58,162 bases of DNA from a bacterium. Lineage in GTDB: Bacteria; Patescibacteriota; Patescibacteriia; UBA2196. A program made the position numbers and the translations under genes. Position 1 is the first letter of the stretch. Each line of letters starts with the position of its first letter. Where the stretch lies: the NCBI GenBank assembly GCA_035387885.1, contig DAOOOW010000004.1, positions 1 to 58,162 of the forward strand, given 5' to 3'. Below are positions 6,875 through 16,355 of the stretch, one piece after another. The notes under the pieces were generated by a model, which was given only the letters and a program-made list of their open reading frames with translations, was not told the DNA's origin and ran no database searches.

Positions 6875-9568
6875 TTATTTCAAAAGTATCAGCCGTTTGA
6901 CACTTTTGAATTCCCCAGCGATCAATTCGCAAATATATTGACCACTGGGCATGCCCGTCGCATCCCAGACAACGCGATGCATGCCGGGCTGTTGTTGCCC
7001 ATTGGCGAGCGTGGCCACCTGCCGCCCCATAAGATCATAGACTGCCAGCCGCACCAATGATTCCTGCGGCAGCGCATATTCAATGGTGGTTTCGGCGTTG
7101 AACGGATTGGGATAGTTTTGATTCAGTTTGAATTGATCTGGCAACACTTCTGTCAACATCAATTCTTCGCTCACCGGCACAGCGCCAGTTTTGTCTTTGG
7201 TACTGACGCCGAATTCCACAATCTGTCGCCAGCCACCGCGCCCAAATTTAGGATCAACAATAACGAGTTTGATATACTTGGCCTGAAACATTTGGCCAAG
7301 ATTATACCAAGTCATTTCCGGATTTTTAACCCAAATATTTTTCGCCAACACAAAACTGCTGGCGCTGGTGTCTGTTTGCGACACTAGCACATCAACATAT
7401 TCTGCTTGACGATTTTTTACTTTGTCATCAGCCGTGCCATTATCGGTCTGGATGATGACATAATCGAACTGATAGGTACCCTGGTCGGCAAATTCAAATA
7501 TCGCCCAGGCATCTTCAGTCTGATCACCTTTTGGCTTAACCGTGGCCGTTCCATCCCAGCCTTCCAGATCTCCGTCCACGGCATTGGTCCAGTTTTGCTC
7601 GGAATTGCAGGGAGAGCCAGAGATAAAAACTAATGAATCTGATTTGATATCTTGCACGGCATCACAGGCATCGCCAGAAGGAATGGGAATTTGATCTTTT
7701 TGCTGGTTAAAAATATCAATCAGCTCAAATACCCAATCTGTGTACCATTCCGGATAGTTTGGAATGATATTAACATGCCCTTCAGAATCAAAACCCGGCA
7801 CACCAACAGCAAAACGGATCATTCTGGTGTATCTGTTTTTACTATTTATAACAAAAAGCATGCCTTCCGGTGCTGTAAAATCAAACACCACCGGCCTTGT
7901 TGGGCGATGATCTTTATCGTTTTCCCAACATGGTAATGCTTTGACTACCAGATTTCCACTACCACCCCAACGATTGTACCAGTCAGCGGTTGAACGAGTT
8001 TGTCCGTGGATATAATCACCCTGATTTTCACCCACATATTGACTGGTGAATGTGCCGTCACTGTTGAATGTTAGTTTATAATCACCAGTATTTGGAGCAA
8101 CTGGCAAATACAAATCTAACGTAGTGTTGATAACAAGTTGGTTGTCTTTTTTAAAGACACTCAGCACATTAAAATCGTCTGGATCACATTCTGTGAACTC
8201 TTTCGAGTTATACACAAAATGTTCCCCATTTAACAGGACGATCTGGCCCAACCCGCCAGAATTAACCCAGCCAACTGGCTGGTTTTCTTCAATAACGTTG
8301 ATCGTCGAAGCATTAATATACTTCAACTTGTTACGAAGATTGCCTTGTGCATCTCTCCAAGCGAGAATACCAGCGATTTTGGAATAGATCAGCTGGTCAA
8401 TATCGCTCGTGGCTACTATTCGAAAATTTTCCGGCACATCTGACGGGGGCACGCCCTCTTGATCATTAAGAAGCCAAACCTTAAAAAGTTCAACTTCTTT
8501 TTCATCTGGGCACTCTTTGATTATAAAAGAGTGCATGGCTTCGCCACTCTGTCCATCACTCGTGCGAAAATAGTTTTTAAAACTATATTCGCCTGGCTGA
8601 TCATAGGTCACGGTTGAGTCGACATCAAACATTTTGGGCAATTGATCAGTATAACAGACCTGGCCCAATAATGTTTCTTCTGACTGTCCTTCCCAACGAT
8701 GGTACACCTGTATGTAGCCATTTTCCACGACTGGAGCGGGCAAATCATATTCCTGTTCAAAACGAACTGATTGTCCTTCGCCATAATAGGCAACATCAAC
8801 CTTTTTTAATTTGGTCATACCTATCTGATAATTGAATTGGTAACCAAAATTATCAGACCAAGTTTGACCGCAGGCGATGGTCATACCATTAAAAGTCATT
8901 TGACCCAAAAGCTGCCAGACACCATTGATCTTGGCAAAAAGACTATCATAGACAACAAAAGCCATCGGTGGATATTCCCCACTACATTCACGGGTCACAA
9001 CCACTTGGCCGGAAACGTCGTATTTTAAAATACTCTGTCCAGCTGTGGTGTCGATGACCACCTGACCTTTTGCTTGGTAAGTTCCGGGACAACCTTCATC
9101 TTGGCTACCGGTTTTGTAGTCGGCCCAAGCAAAGGTTTTTTGCCCCAACCAATGATCGTCCTTGATGCTCACTGTAAATTTACCAGTAGGTGTGCAGATC
9201 ATACAAAATTCATAATGTGAGATCTGCGGAATATTGCCACCGAGATTAAGCGGACAGCGTAAACCAACATCACCGCTAGTCGGAGTGGTGTAGTTATAAA
9301 GAAAAGCGCTGGGACCGCCCTTCATTATAACCGTTCCCGCCAGAGGAACATCTGACGACCAATCAAGGTATTTTCCATCAATGGAAAGGGTGATAGTCAC
9401 CTTCGCCCCACATTCAAGAGTGACAACAGTTGAAATTGGCGGATCAATTTTGATTCCGCCACATTTGGGATTGCCACCCACGGAATCTGGGACAACCGAA
9501 GTAGCAAAAAGACTTGACGAAACAATTAGCATCAAAACCAAAACAATTAAAAATCTTTTCATGTTCAT
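6875..9568 (-). CDS. Large secreted protein with a discoidin/F5-8-type-C-like domain and a T9SS (Por) type C-terminal sorting domain. Its composition looks foreign.
   Basis: A signal peptide begins at MNMKRFLIVLVLMLIVSSSLFA, with AAGGA 9 nt upstream of that ATG. The C-terminus reads LNQNYPNPFNAETTIEY..LAVYDLMGRQV..GMH.VVWDA...PSGQY...L.AG.F...K.LLLK. G+C is markedly higher than in the flanks. Confidence 0.85.
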   Translation of the reverse strand: MNMKRFLIVLVLMLIVSSSLFATSVVPDSVGGNPKCGGIKIDPPISTVVTLECGAKVTITLSIDGKYLDWSSDVPLAGTVIMKGGPSAFLYNYTTPTSGDVGLRCPLNLGGNIPQISHYEFCMICTPTGKFTVSIKDDHWLGQKTFAWADYKTGSQDEGCPGTYQAKGQVVIDTTAGQSILKYDVSGQVVVTRECSGEYPPMAFVVYDSLFAKINGVWQLLGQMTFNGMTIACGQTWSDNFGYQFNYQIGMTKLKKVDVAYYGEGQSVRFEQEYDLPAPVVENGYIQVYHRWEGQSEETLLGQVCYTDQLPKMFDVDSTVTYDQPGEYSFKNYFRTSDGQSGEAMHSFIIKECPDEKEVELFKVWLLNDQEGVPPSDVPENFRIVATSDIDQLIYSKIAGILAWRDAQGNLRNKLKYINASTINVIEENQPVGWVNSGGLGQIVLLNGEHFVYNSKEFTECDPDDFNVLSVFKKDNQLVINTTLDLYLPVAPNTGDYKLTFNSDGTFTSQYVGENQGDYIHGQTRSTADWYNRWGGSGNLVVKALPCWENDKDHRPTRPVVFDFTAPEGMLFVINSKNRYTRMIRFAVGVPGFDSEGHVNIIPNYPEWYTDWVFELIDIFNQQKDQIPIPSGDACDAVQDIKSDSLVFISGSPCNSEQNWTNAVDGDLEGWDGTATVKPKGDQTEDAWAIFEFADQGTYQFDYVIIQTDNGTADDKVKNRQAEYVDVLVSQTDTSASSFVLAKNIWVKNPEMTWYNLGQMFQAKYIKLVIVDPKFGRGGWRQIVEFGVSTKDKTGAVPVSEELMLTEVLPDQFKLNQNYPNPFNAETTIEYALPQESLVRLAVYDLMGRQVATLANGQQQPGMHRVVWDATGMPSGQYICELIAGEFKSVKRLILLK

Positions 9569-9760
9569 GGCTTTTTCCTTTCTTTTTTTGGCCATGTTAA
9601 AAAACACTGACAGAACAATCAACCAGATTGCCTGTCGTTATTTAAAACTCTTTATTTTTATTTTTCCTCCTTATTCTACATTTTCAAAAAACGGCCAACT
9701 TTTGGTAAGCCGCATCTCTTTTAAAAGAACTATATACTATTTTATTTTTTCTGTCAAGAG

Positions 9761-10330
9761 CTATTTAATTAAAATTACAGGCAATTTTAAAAAATCATCA
9801 TTTTGTTTTAAACCAGAAGGATTATCCTTTTTTAATAATAAATAGCCGGTAGTTGAGGCTGTTTTTAGGGAAAAATTAAGTTCAGCCTGAAAAGGCACAA
9901 AATCTTCAGTCATCCAATCTCCCTCAGCGGTGGCCAAACCACTAGCCAAAATATTATTATTCTCATCAACTAAAGAAACTGGGAAAGAAGCTTCAAAAAA
10001 CCAATTACCTCTAGCTTGTCCAGAAATATTTAAAGGACTACTAACTTCAGCATTAGGCCGCGGACTAGCAATTTGGATTAAATCACTTTTTTCTAGTTCA
10101 TTACCAATATCCTCTGTAAAAATTTGTCCGCTCTTATCTACACATTGCCGTGGATAAATTTCTCTAATAATATTATTGCCAGCCAAACATTCTTTAAAAT
10201 TTTTCGGCTGCACCGTGTTATCTACTAAAAACTTTTTATCTAAAAAAACAATTTTAATTAACAAAAAAATAATTATTAGAATTAAAATAATTTTAATAAG
10301 CTTAAAAATTTTTCTTGACTTTTCATTCAT
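9761..10330 (-). CDS. Membrane-anchored Gmad2 immunoglobulin-like domain protein
   Basis: It has an N-terminal TM and the motif GQARGNWFFEASFPV.LVD.NN..LA...A.AEGDWMTEDFVPF. Confidence 0.7.
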   Translation of the reverse strand: MNEKSRKIFKLIKIILILIIIFLLIKIVFLDKKFLVDNTVQPKNFKECLAGNNIIREIYPRQCVDKSGQIFTEDIGNELEKSDLIQIASPRPNAEVSSPLNISGQARGNWFFEASFPVSLVDENNNILASGLATAEGDWMTEDFVPFQAELNFSLKTASTTGYLLLKKDNPSGLKQNDDFLKLPVILIK

Positions 10331-10336
10331 AAAAAA

Positions 10337-10795
10337 TTAATTCAAAACCACAATGGCAAAGTTTAAAATTGTGGCAAAAGTTACCCACAAAACATATGGT
10401 GCTAGAAACCAAGCAGCTACTTTTTCTATTTTATAAAAATGATACATGGTCAAAAGAATCAACAACCACAAAGTCATTATTTCCAATAAGGCCATGAATG
10501 GACTTTGCATAAAAAAGAAAAAGAAAGACCACAAAACATTTAAGATCCATTGCAAAACAAAAATTACCACCGCTGTTTTATAGTGTTTATTTTTTTGACC
10601 TTTAATTAAAACCAAATAAAAAGCAATGGCCATCAACAAAAAAAGAAAAACCCAAACTGGGCCAAAAACATAACTCGGAGGATTAAAGCTGGGCTTATTA
10701 AGAGTGCTATACCAACTATTAAGAGAACTATTGGTAAAGAGCATGCCAATTAGACTAGCCAATTGGCAAAAGATGAAAGAAAAAACAAAAAGCAT
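10337..10795 (-). CDS. tspO: TspO/MBR family tryptophan-rich sensory protein
   Basis: It has 5 TM segments. The motif WY..L.KPSFNPP..VFGPVW..LF.LMAIA is present, and the C-terminal half is W-rich. Confidence 0.85.
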   Translation of the reverse strand: MLFVFSFIFCQLASLIGMLFTNSSLNSWYSTLNKPSFNPPSYVFGPVWVFLFLLMAIAFYLVLIKGQKNKHYKTAVVIFVLQWILNVLWSFFFFFMQSPFMALLEIMTLWLLILLTMYHFYKIEKVAAWFLAPYVLWVTFATILNFAIVVLN

Positions 10796-10941
10796 GGGAT
10801 TTGTTTTTTTTATAAATTAAAATTAATTGTTAAAAAATATTTATAATGTTTATATTATAACACATTTTTTATAAAAATAAAAAATCTGCTATGTTAAATA
10901 ATAAATTTTTTAAAAAATATTATTAAATAGTCACCCCAAAA

Positions 10942-11841
10942 TTATTCTGTAACTTGTTGTGACACTTGCCCTAATTGTTTTAAAATATTTAATGTGGAAA
11001 CAAAAGCTTCCAATTTTTGTTTAAGTTCGGGCTTAAGATTTTTCAAGGCAACTAACTCTTTTTGTTGAACTTCCAAAGATTCAATTAATTTTAAATATAT
11101 CTTTTGTTCAATAGCCGTAATCTGGCCTTCGGGATCGTAATTCATTTCATTCAATAATTTTTCCAATTCACTTTGCAACAAGCCTAAATAAAATACGGGC
11201 AAATTTTCTAATTTACTTCTCTTGAGTAAACCTTGCTCTAGGCTCAAGCCATAATCAATACGCGCTCCGCCATGAACTGCTTTTTCTCTAATCTTTTTAA
11301 TTTTGTCTGCCAAACGTTTGCCGTCAACATCTTGATTAACATCATCAAATGCGCCAACCACTGCTCCACTTTCTAAATCAATGACCAAATTATCCACACC
11401 ATTATAATCATCAATATTTGTGGTGCGCACAACTAAAAATTTATCTTTTAAAAATTTGTGTAGCAAAATGGTCATGGCCATTTCCATTTGGCCACTAATA
11501 CTTTCCTGTTTGTTTCTTTTCCATTGATCAACTCTTTGTTCGGCAGTTAAGTTTAAAGATTTTAAAATTTGTGGATCATCAGCACTGCTAAAAGATAGTT
11601 CTCTTTTTTTAATCTCTGCTAAATCAGTTAAAATTTTTTCGTCACCATGTAATTGACGATAGTCCATTTGATAAATAGAGCCATCAAAATTTAATAAATT
11701 TTTTAAAGCATATTTTTCTAAAACTTGAGCATTAATTTTTTTGGACATCAAAACTAAAGCTCCTTTTAATTTTTCTACTGGCTTTTCGGGGTGCACTGGC
11801 TGAGATTCCGGGAGATTTTGTTTTAATTCTGGGTTGGACAT
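10942..11841 (-). CDS. Hypothetical soluble protein, co-directional with the ABC gene upstream
   Basis: It is a 299-aa ORF with no TM segment and no motif I recognise. The stop-to-start gap to 11852 is 10 nt. Confidence 0.6.
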   Translation of the reverse strand: MSNPELKQNLPESQPVHPEKPVEKLKGALVLMSKKINAQVLEKYALKNLLNFDGSIYQMDYRQLHGDEKILTDLAEIKKRELSFSSADDPQILKSLNLTAEQRVDQWKRNKQESISGQMEMAMTILLHKFLKDKFLVVRTTNIDDYNGVDNLVIDLESGAVVGAFDDVNQDVDGKRLADKIKKIREKAVHGGARIDYGLSLEQGLLKRSKLENLPVFYLGLLQSELEKLLNEMNYDPEGQITAIEQKIYLKLIESLEVQQKELVALKNLKPELKQKLEAFVSTLNILKQLGQVSQQVTE

Positions 11842-11851
11842 AGGAATAAAT

Positions 11852-14173
11852 TTAATTTTGCAATTCAGACATTGTAATTGTTCTTTTGCTTGTTTTTATC
11901 AGATCTTCGTCATGGGTAACGCAAATAATAGTAGTATCGATATATTTTTCATGTAATTCGCTAATAACTTTTATAACTTCGGTTATTGATTGCGAATCAA
12001 GACTAGCCGTTGGCTCATCAAGTAACATTATTTTTGCGCCTTTAATTAAAGTTCTAGCTAAACCTATTCTAACTTTTTCACCACCAGATAAATTTTTTGT
12101 TTCTTCATCAAGTTTATCAACCAAATTATCCAAATGTAGATTTTTCAAAATTTTTTTTATTTTTTGATCAGAGACTTCTTTTTTTGACCACAACAAAAGA
12201 TTCTCTCTCAAATTCATGCCCTCAAAAATTTGCGAATTCTGATTGCAATAGGACATGGCAGAATAAATAGATTCTGGTCCGTATTTTTTAATTTGATCGT
12301 TTTTAACCCCACCGATCTTAATTTCACCACTGTTAGGTTTATAAAGTCCAACCAAATTTTTAATTAATGTTGACTTACCAGCACCTGACACACCTGCAAT
12401 AGTGATAAATTCCCCCTGTTTAATATTCAAATTTACCCCGCGCAAAATTTCTTTATATTTTAAGTTTTTTATGGAAATATCAAAATTTTTCAATTCGGAA
12501 ATAGGTAAACGATCTTTTTCTCTTTCACCTTCTGGCCGATCTAATTGCTCGTATTTGCCAAAAACTTCTTCCATGCGCTGGATATCTTGGATATAACGGG
12601 AAAATCTATTAAAATATAAATTTACCAGATTTTGAACTGGTCCATTTAGTCTTTCAGAATAAATAATATTTGACAATACGGCCCCTCCAGAAATCATGCC
12701 AGCTTCTTGAAGCGCGCCACCAACGCCAGCCGCTACAACTGTGGAAACATTAAAAGGAATCATACGCAATAAACGCATTTTTGTTTCCGCAATAATTCTT
12801 TGCAAAGAAATTTTGTCACGCGCATCCATTTGTTCTTTGGCATGGCTAGCCACCATAGTTATTTCTGGGGAAGTTTTTATTTCTTCAAAACCGCTTTTTA
12901 TGGCGCCAAGACGGGTGGTTATTTTTTCTCCAGCTCGCCATTCTTTTTCGTATATTTGATTTATTTTTTCATTTTGTTCTTTGGCAATCTTGTACATTAT
13001 TGGCAGACCGCCAACACCAATCGCGCCGAGGGCGGGATTAATTTTAGATAAAAAAGCAATTGACATTATAATACCAACTAAAGTTGGAGCAAATTGCGAA
13101 ATTGTTTCCTCTAAAATTTGTTTGGTGGCTTTTTTACCTCTTTCCAAGGTAGAAAAAATTTCTCCCATTTTCTTTTCGTGAATAAATTCAAATTCTTGAA
13201 AAAATAATGAATTGGTCATTCTCTCGTTAATTTGTTGATTAATTTCATTCATTACTTTTGCCAATTCAATCTCTGTCTTTGTATTAATAATATCGGAGGT
13301 GATATTTAAGCCGAAATATTCTAAAAATACTGCCACATTAAATTTATCACCACCTATTATGTTTTGAAATAAATATGGCGCAAAACTTTCCGCACCTTTA
13401 GACATTAAATAACCAAGAGAAATTTTAGCTATGCCACCCTTTTTATCGCCTAAATTATATTCATGCCAAAGACTGGCAATTGTTTCCACGAGAATTCTTA
13501 GTGAATAGTTTTTATCTAAGCCTTTTTCCGCTTTTATTAAATCAACCAAAATTTCAATTTCTGTTTTATCCAACGGATAGCGGTCTTGTAATTGTTTTAT
13601 TAATTTTGTTTTTTGCTTTGCTGTTTCTTTTTCGTCAACTTCTTCGGTTTTGTCTTTGTAAAATTCTCCAATATCTCTTTCTAAAGATTTTGTATTCATT
13701 ACATTGCCCATTGAATCAAAGAATAACCAGCACTGAGCGCGCAATTCTTCGACATCGTTTTCATCAAAACCGGTTTCTTTTTTATTTTTTACTTCATCAA
13801 TTAAATTTTCAATCCAATTTTCAATACTCGCCGAAAATTCTTCATTGTTTATATCAATGAATTCTCTTTGCGGATGTTCTTCGGTTTTTTTAACTTTAAC
13901 ATTAAAATCTCTTAATATCTGCTTATATTCTGTCATCAATTTAGGAGTGATAAGTTCGCTTAACAATTTTGTTCTTTCCTGTTCTTCTTCGGTAGGCTCT
14001 CCGGTTGTTATTTTTTCTTGAACTGATTGACGTAAAGACAGCCAATGATCTTTTAGTGTCAGTGGCTTTTGTTCTGTCTCTTCTTGTCCATCGGCAGTAA
14101 GCGGTTTTACTTCAACTGTCTCTTTATTTCTCTTGACTTCTTCTTTTATTGATTCAAAAAAAAATCGCTTCAT
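11852..14173 (-). CDS. Fused ABC exporter-like protein: an acidic ~230-aa N-terminal extension, a TMD-like region and an NBD
   Basis: Walker A is GVSGAGKSTL, the signature is LSGGEKVRIGLARTL, and Walker B is MLLDEPTASLD. The hydrophobic segments are weak for a type IV exporter TMD. Confidence 0.85.
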   Translation of the reverse strand: MKRFFFESIKEEVKRNKETVEVKPLTADGQEETEQKPLTLKDHWLSLRQSVQEKITTGEPTEEEQERTKLLSELITPKLMTEYKQILRDFNVKVKKTEEHPQREFIDINNEEFSASIENWIENLIDEVKNKKETGFDENDVEELRAQCWLFFDSMGNVMNTKSLERDIGEFYKDKTEEVDEKETAKQKTKLIKQLQDRYPLDKTEIEILVDLIKAEKGLDKNYSLRILVETIASLWHEYNLGDKKGGIAKISLGYLMSKGAESFAPYLFQNIIGGDKFNVAVFLEYFGLNITSDIINTKTEIELAKVMNEINQQINERMTNSLFFQEFEFIHEKKMGEIFSTLERGKKATKQILEETISQFAPTLVGIIMSIAFLSKINPALGAIGVGGLPIMYKIAKEQNEKINQIYEKEWRAGEKITTRLGAIKSGFEEIKTSPEITMVASHAKEQMDARDKISLQRIIAETKMRLLRMIPFNVSTVVAAGVGGALQEAGMISGGAVLSNIIYSERLNGPVQNLVNLYFNRFSRYIQDIQRMEEVFGKYEQLDRPEGEREKDRLPISELKNFDISIKNLKYKEILRGVNLNIKQGEFITIAGVSGAGKSTLIKNLVGLYKPNSGEIKIGGVKNDQIKKYGPESIYSAMSYCNQNSQIFEGMNLRENLLLWSKKEVSDQKIKKILKNLHLDNLVDKLDEETKNLSGGEKVRIGLARTLIKGAKIMLLDEPTASLDSQSITEVIKVISELHEKYIDTTIICVTHDEDLIKTSKRTITMSELQN

Positions 14174-14267
14174 AATTTTTTATATCTATATTTTTTCACT
14201 TTTCTGTTATTTTGGCAAATTACCCCGCTCTGTTGCTAAAAAATATTTTAGTGTATAATCTAAAAGT

Positions 14268-15338
14268 ATGCATATTCTAGACGAAATAAAATTAGATTAC
14301 CAAGATGTTCTGCTCCGCCCCAAAAGGAGTACTCTTAAATCTAGAAAAGACGTTATATTGGAACGCTCTTTTGCTTTTTATCATTCTCCTAAAATCTGGA
14401 CTGGCGTTCCAATTATGGCGGCCAATATGGCCACTTGTGGTACTTTTACCATGGCTAAAATTTTTTCTGAATATAAAATGATTACTGCTTTTCATAAATA
14501 TTATACTCTAGCAGATTATGAAAATTTCTTTAAAACTTTCAACAATCCAGATTATATTTGTTACACCTTGGGTATTAGAGAACAAGATTTGGCCCAATTA
14601 AAACTTATGAAAGATAGAGGCTTATTAGAAAAATTTTCTTTTATCTGTTTGGATGTGCCCAATGGCTATTTACAATCTTTTATTGAAGTTATAAAAAACA
14701 TTAGAGCTCTTTGTCCAGAACATATTATTATTGCTGGCAATGTAGTGACCAACGAAATTACCGAAGAGATTATATTAGAAGGTGCTGATATTGTTAAAAT
14801 TGGCATTGGTCCCGGCTCTGTTTGCACCACCAGAAAAATGACTGGCGTGGGTTACCCACAACTTTCAGCAGTTATTGAGTGTGCCGATGCTGCTCACGGC
14901 ATAGCCAATGAACAAGGTGTGGGTAGAATTATTGCTGATGGTGGGCAACAATATCCTTCAGATATTGCCAAAGCTTTTTGCGCTGGTGCTGATTTTAATA
15001 TGTGTGGTTCTATGTTTTCTGGTTTTAAACAAAGTGCTGGAGAAACTATTATTAAAAATGGTCAAAAATTTAAAGAATATTTTGGTTCTTCGTCCAATAA
15101 AGCCATAACAGAATATTATGGACAAAAAGATGCTCACCGGGCCAGCGAAGGCCTCTACACCCTTATTCCCCATAAAGGCGATATTCATAATTTTATCCAA
15201 GACTTAATGGGCTCTCTTCGAAGTACGGCCACCTATATTGGCGCCAGACAACTTAAAGAATTTCCCAAACGTGCTACTTTTTTAAAAGTCAATCGTCAGC
15301 TAACTACTTATTTGGAAAAATATGATGCAGAAAAATAA
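14268..15338 (+). CDS. guaC: GMP reductase
   Basis: It is collinear with E. coli GuaC as I remember it: DVLLRPKRSTLKSR.DV, GIGPGSVCTTR..TGVGYPQLSAVIECADAAHG, and GLRS..TY.GA..LKE... Confidence 0.9.
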   Translation: MHILDEIKLDYQDVLLRPKRSTLKSRKDVILERSFAFYHSPKIWTGVPIMAANMATCGTFTMAKIFSEYKMITAFHKYYTLADYENFFKTFNNPDYICYTLGIREQDLAQLKLMKDRGLLEKFSFICLDVPNGYLQSFIEVIKNIRALCPEHIIIAGNVVTNEITEEIILEGADIVKIGIGPGSVCTTRKMTGVGYPQLSAVIECADAAHGIANEQGVGRIIADGGQQYPSDIAKAFCAGADFNMCGSMFSGFKQSAGETIIKNGQKFKEYFGSSSNKAITEYYGQKDAHRASEGLYTLIPHKGDIHNFIQDLMGSLRSTATYIGARQLKEFPKRATFLKVNRQLTTYLEKYDAEK

Positions 15339-15360
15339 TTTATTTAATAGTTAAAAACTT

Positions 15361-15388
15361 AAAAAATCCGTTTCTTAACGGATTTTTA
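15361..15388. terminator. Bidirectional terminator between convergent guaC and the HAD gene
   Basis: The sequence is AAAAAATCCGTT-TCTT-AACGGATTTTT. Confidence 0.7.
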
Positions 15389-15416
15389 AAAACTTCTAAA
15401 TATATATCATAAAATT

Positions 15417-16223
15417 TTATATTTCTTTATTAAAAACCTGAAGTAAATAGCTGGCCAAAACTTCGCCACCCAAAATATTTTTCTTTGGCGGTATGGCATA
15501 TTGGCCACTGACTCTTTTGGGGTCGACACTCACTCCCACCCCATAAGTCAACATTTCTTTATCATTTAAATTGTTGCCAGTAGTAATCATTTGACTGGGT
15601 TTAATTTTTAATTCTTTGGCTAAAAATTTTAAAGCATTAACTTTACTGGTATTTTTATGACCAATATCATAGCCTTCGTTAGTCCACAAACAATACAGTT
15701 CTCCTTCTTTGTCGTGTTTTTTAACAATCTTCTCAATAGCGGGAACTTTTTTAGCAGTGTAAACCGTAATAATTAAATGTTTGGGTTCAAAACCATGAAT
15801 AGCATCTACTTGATTAATTTTTAATTTTTCTATCTCATTTCTAATGTTAGTAATTTTTTGAAAATAACTAACCTTATAGCTCACCAATTGTTTTACTGTG
15901 CCATTAATTAAAATAAAATTACCATTTTCAGCGCACAAAGAAACTTTATCCCAAAGTATATCCTCAAGCATATGTTGCATATATAGCAAAGCCTTGCCGC
16001 TGGCAAAATTAAGCCAAACATTTTTTTTTAATTCTTTAATCATGGCAAACATTTCTGGGCTTAATTTTTTGGTCTTAATTGACAACTCAGTGCCATCAGC
16101 ATTTTCTTTAACTAGAGTACCTTTGGGCACAATAACTCCATCTAAATCAAAAGTTATAGCTTTAATATTTTGTCTTATTACGCTTGGTTTAAATTCTTTT
16201 AATGGTTGGTTTAAGATTTTCAT
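15417..16223 (-). CDS. HAD-superfamily (Cof/SPP-like) sugar-phosphate phosphatase
   Basis: DxD motif ITFDLDGVIV and a C-terminal GNNLNDKEM motif. The start is placed at the internal MKILNQ; the ORF track extends to 16271. Confidence 0.75.
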   Translation of the reverse strand: MKILNQPLKEFKPSVIRQNIKAITFDLDGVIVPKGTLVKENADGTELSIKTKKLSPEMFAMIKELKKNVWLNFASGKALLYMQHMLEDILWDKVSLCAENGNFILINGTVKQLVSYKVSYFQKITNIRNEIEKLKINQVDAIHGFEPKHLIITVYTAKKVPAIEKIVKKHDKEGELYCLWTNEGYDIGHKNTSKVNALKFLAKELKIKPSQMITTGNNLNDKEMLTYGVGVSVDPKRVSGQYAIPPKKNILGGEVLASYLLQVFNKEI

Positions 16224-16355
16224 ATTTTTATTATAACATGACTTAAATTTTATTGTAAATATTTTTGCCAATCAACTAGCAAATATTTTTTTGACTATTT
16301 TATTAAATCAAGTTAAAATTAAGGTATTATCTTATAAAAAAAATAAAGCAAAATT

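Noticed and set aside
6875-9568. The AAGGA upstream of the T9SS-CTD gene start as evidence of an SD-using donor
   Set aside because: A single weak purine-rich match is not persuasive. The foreign-origin argument rests on composition and the CTD domain instead.
6824-9845. Numerous 60-154-aa plus-strand ORFs antisense to the T9SS-CTD gene, for example 7118..7387, 7652..7936 and 9381..9845
   Set aside because: They are shadow ORFs produced by the higher G+C of the real minus-strand gene. None has motifs, a start context or independent support. The same reasoning applies to the short antisense ORFs inside the other long genes (1436..1657, 13480..13860, 43837..44328, 40267..41059 and 49912..50889).
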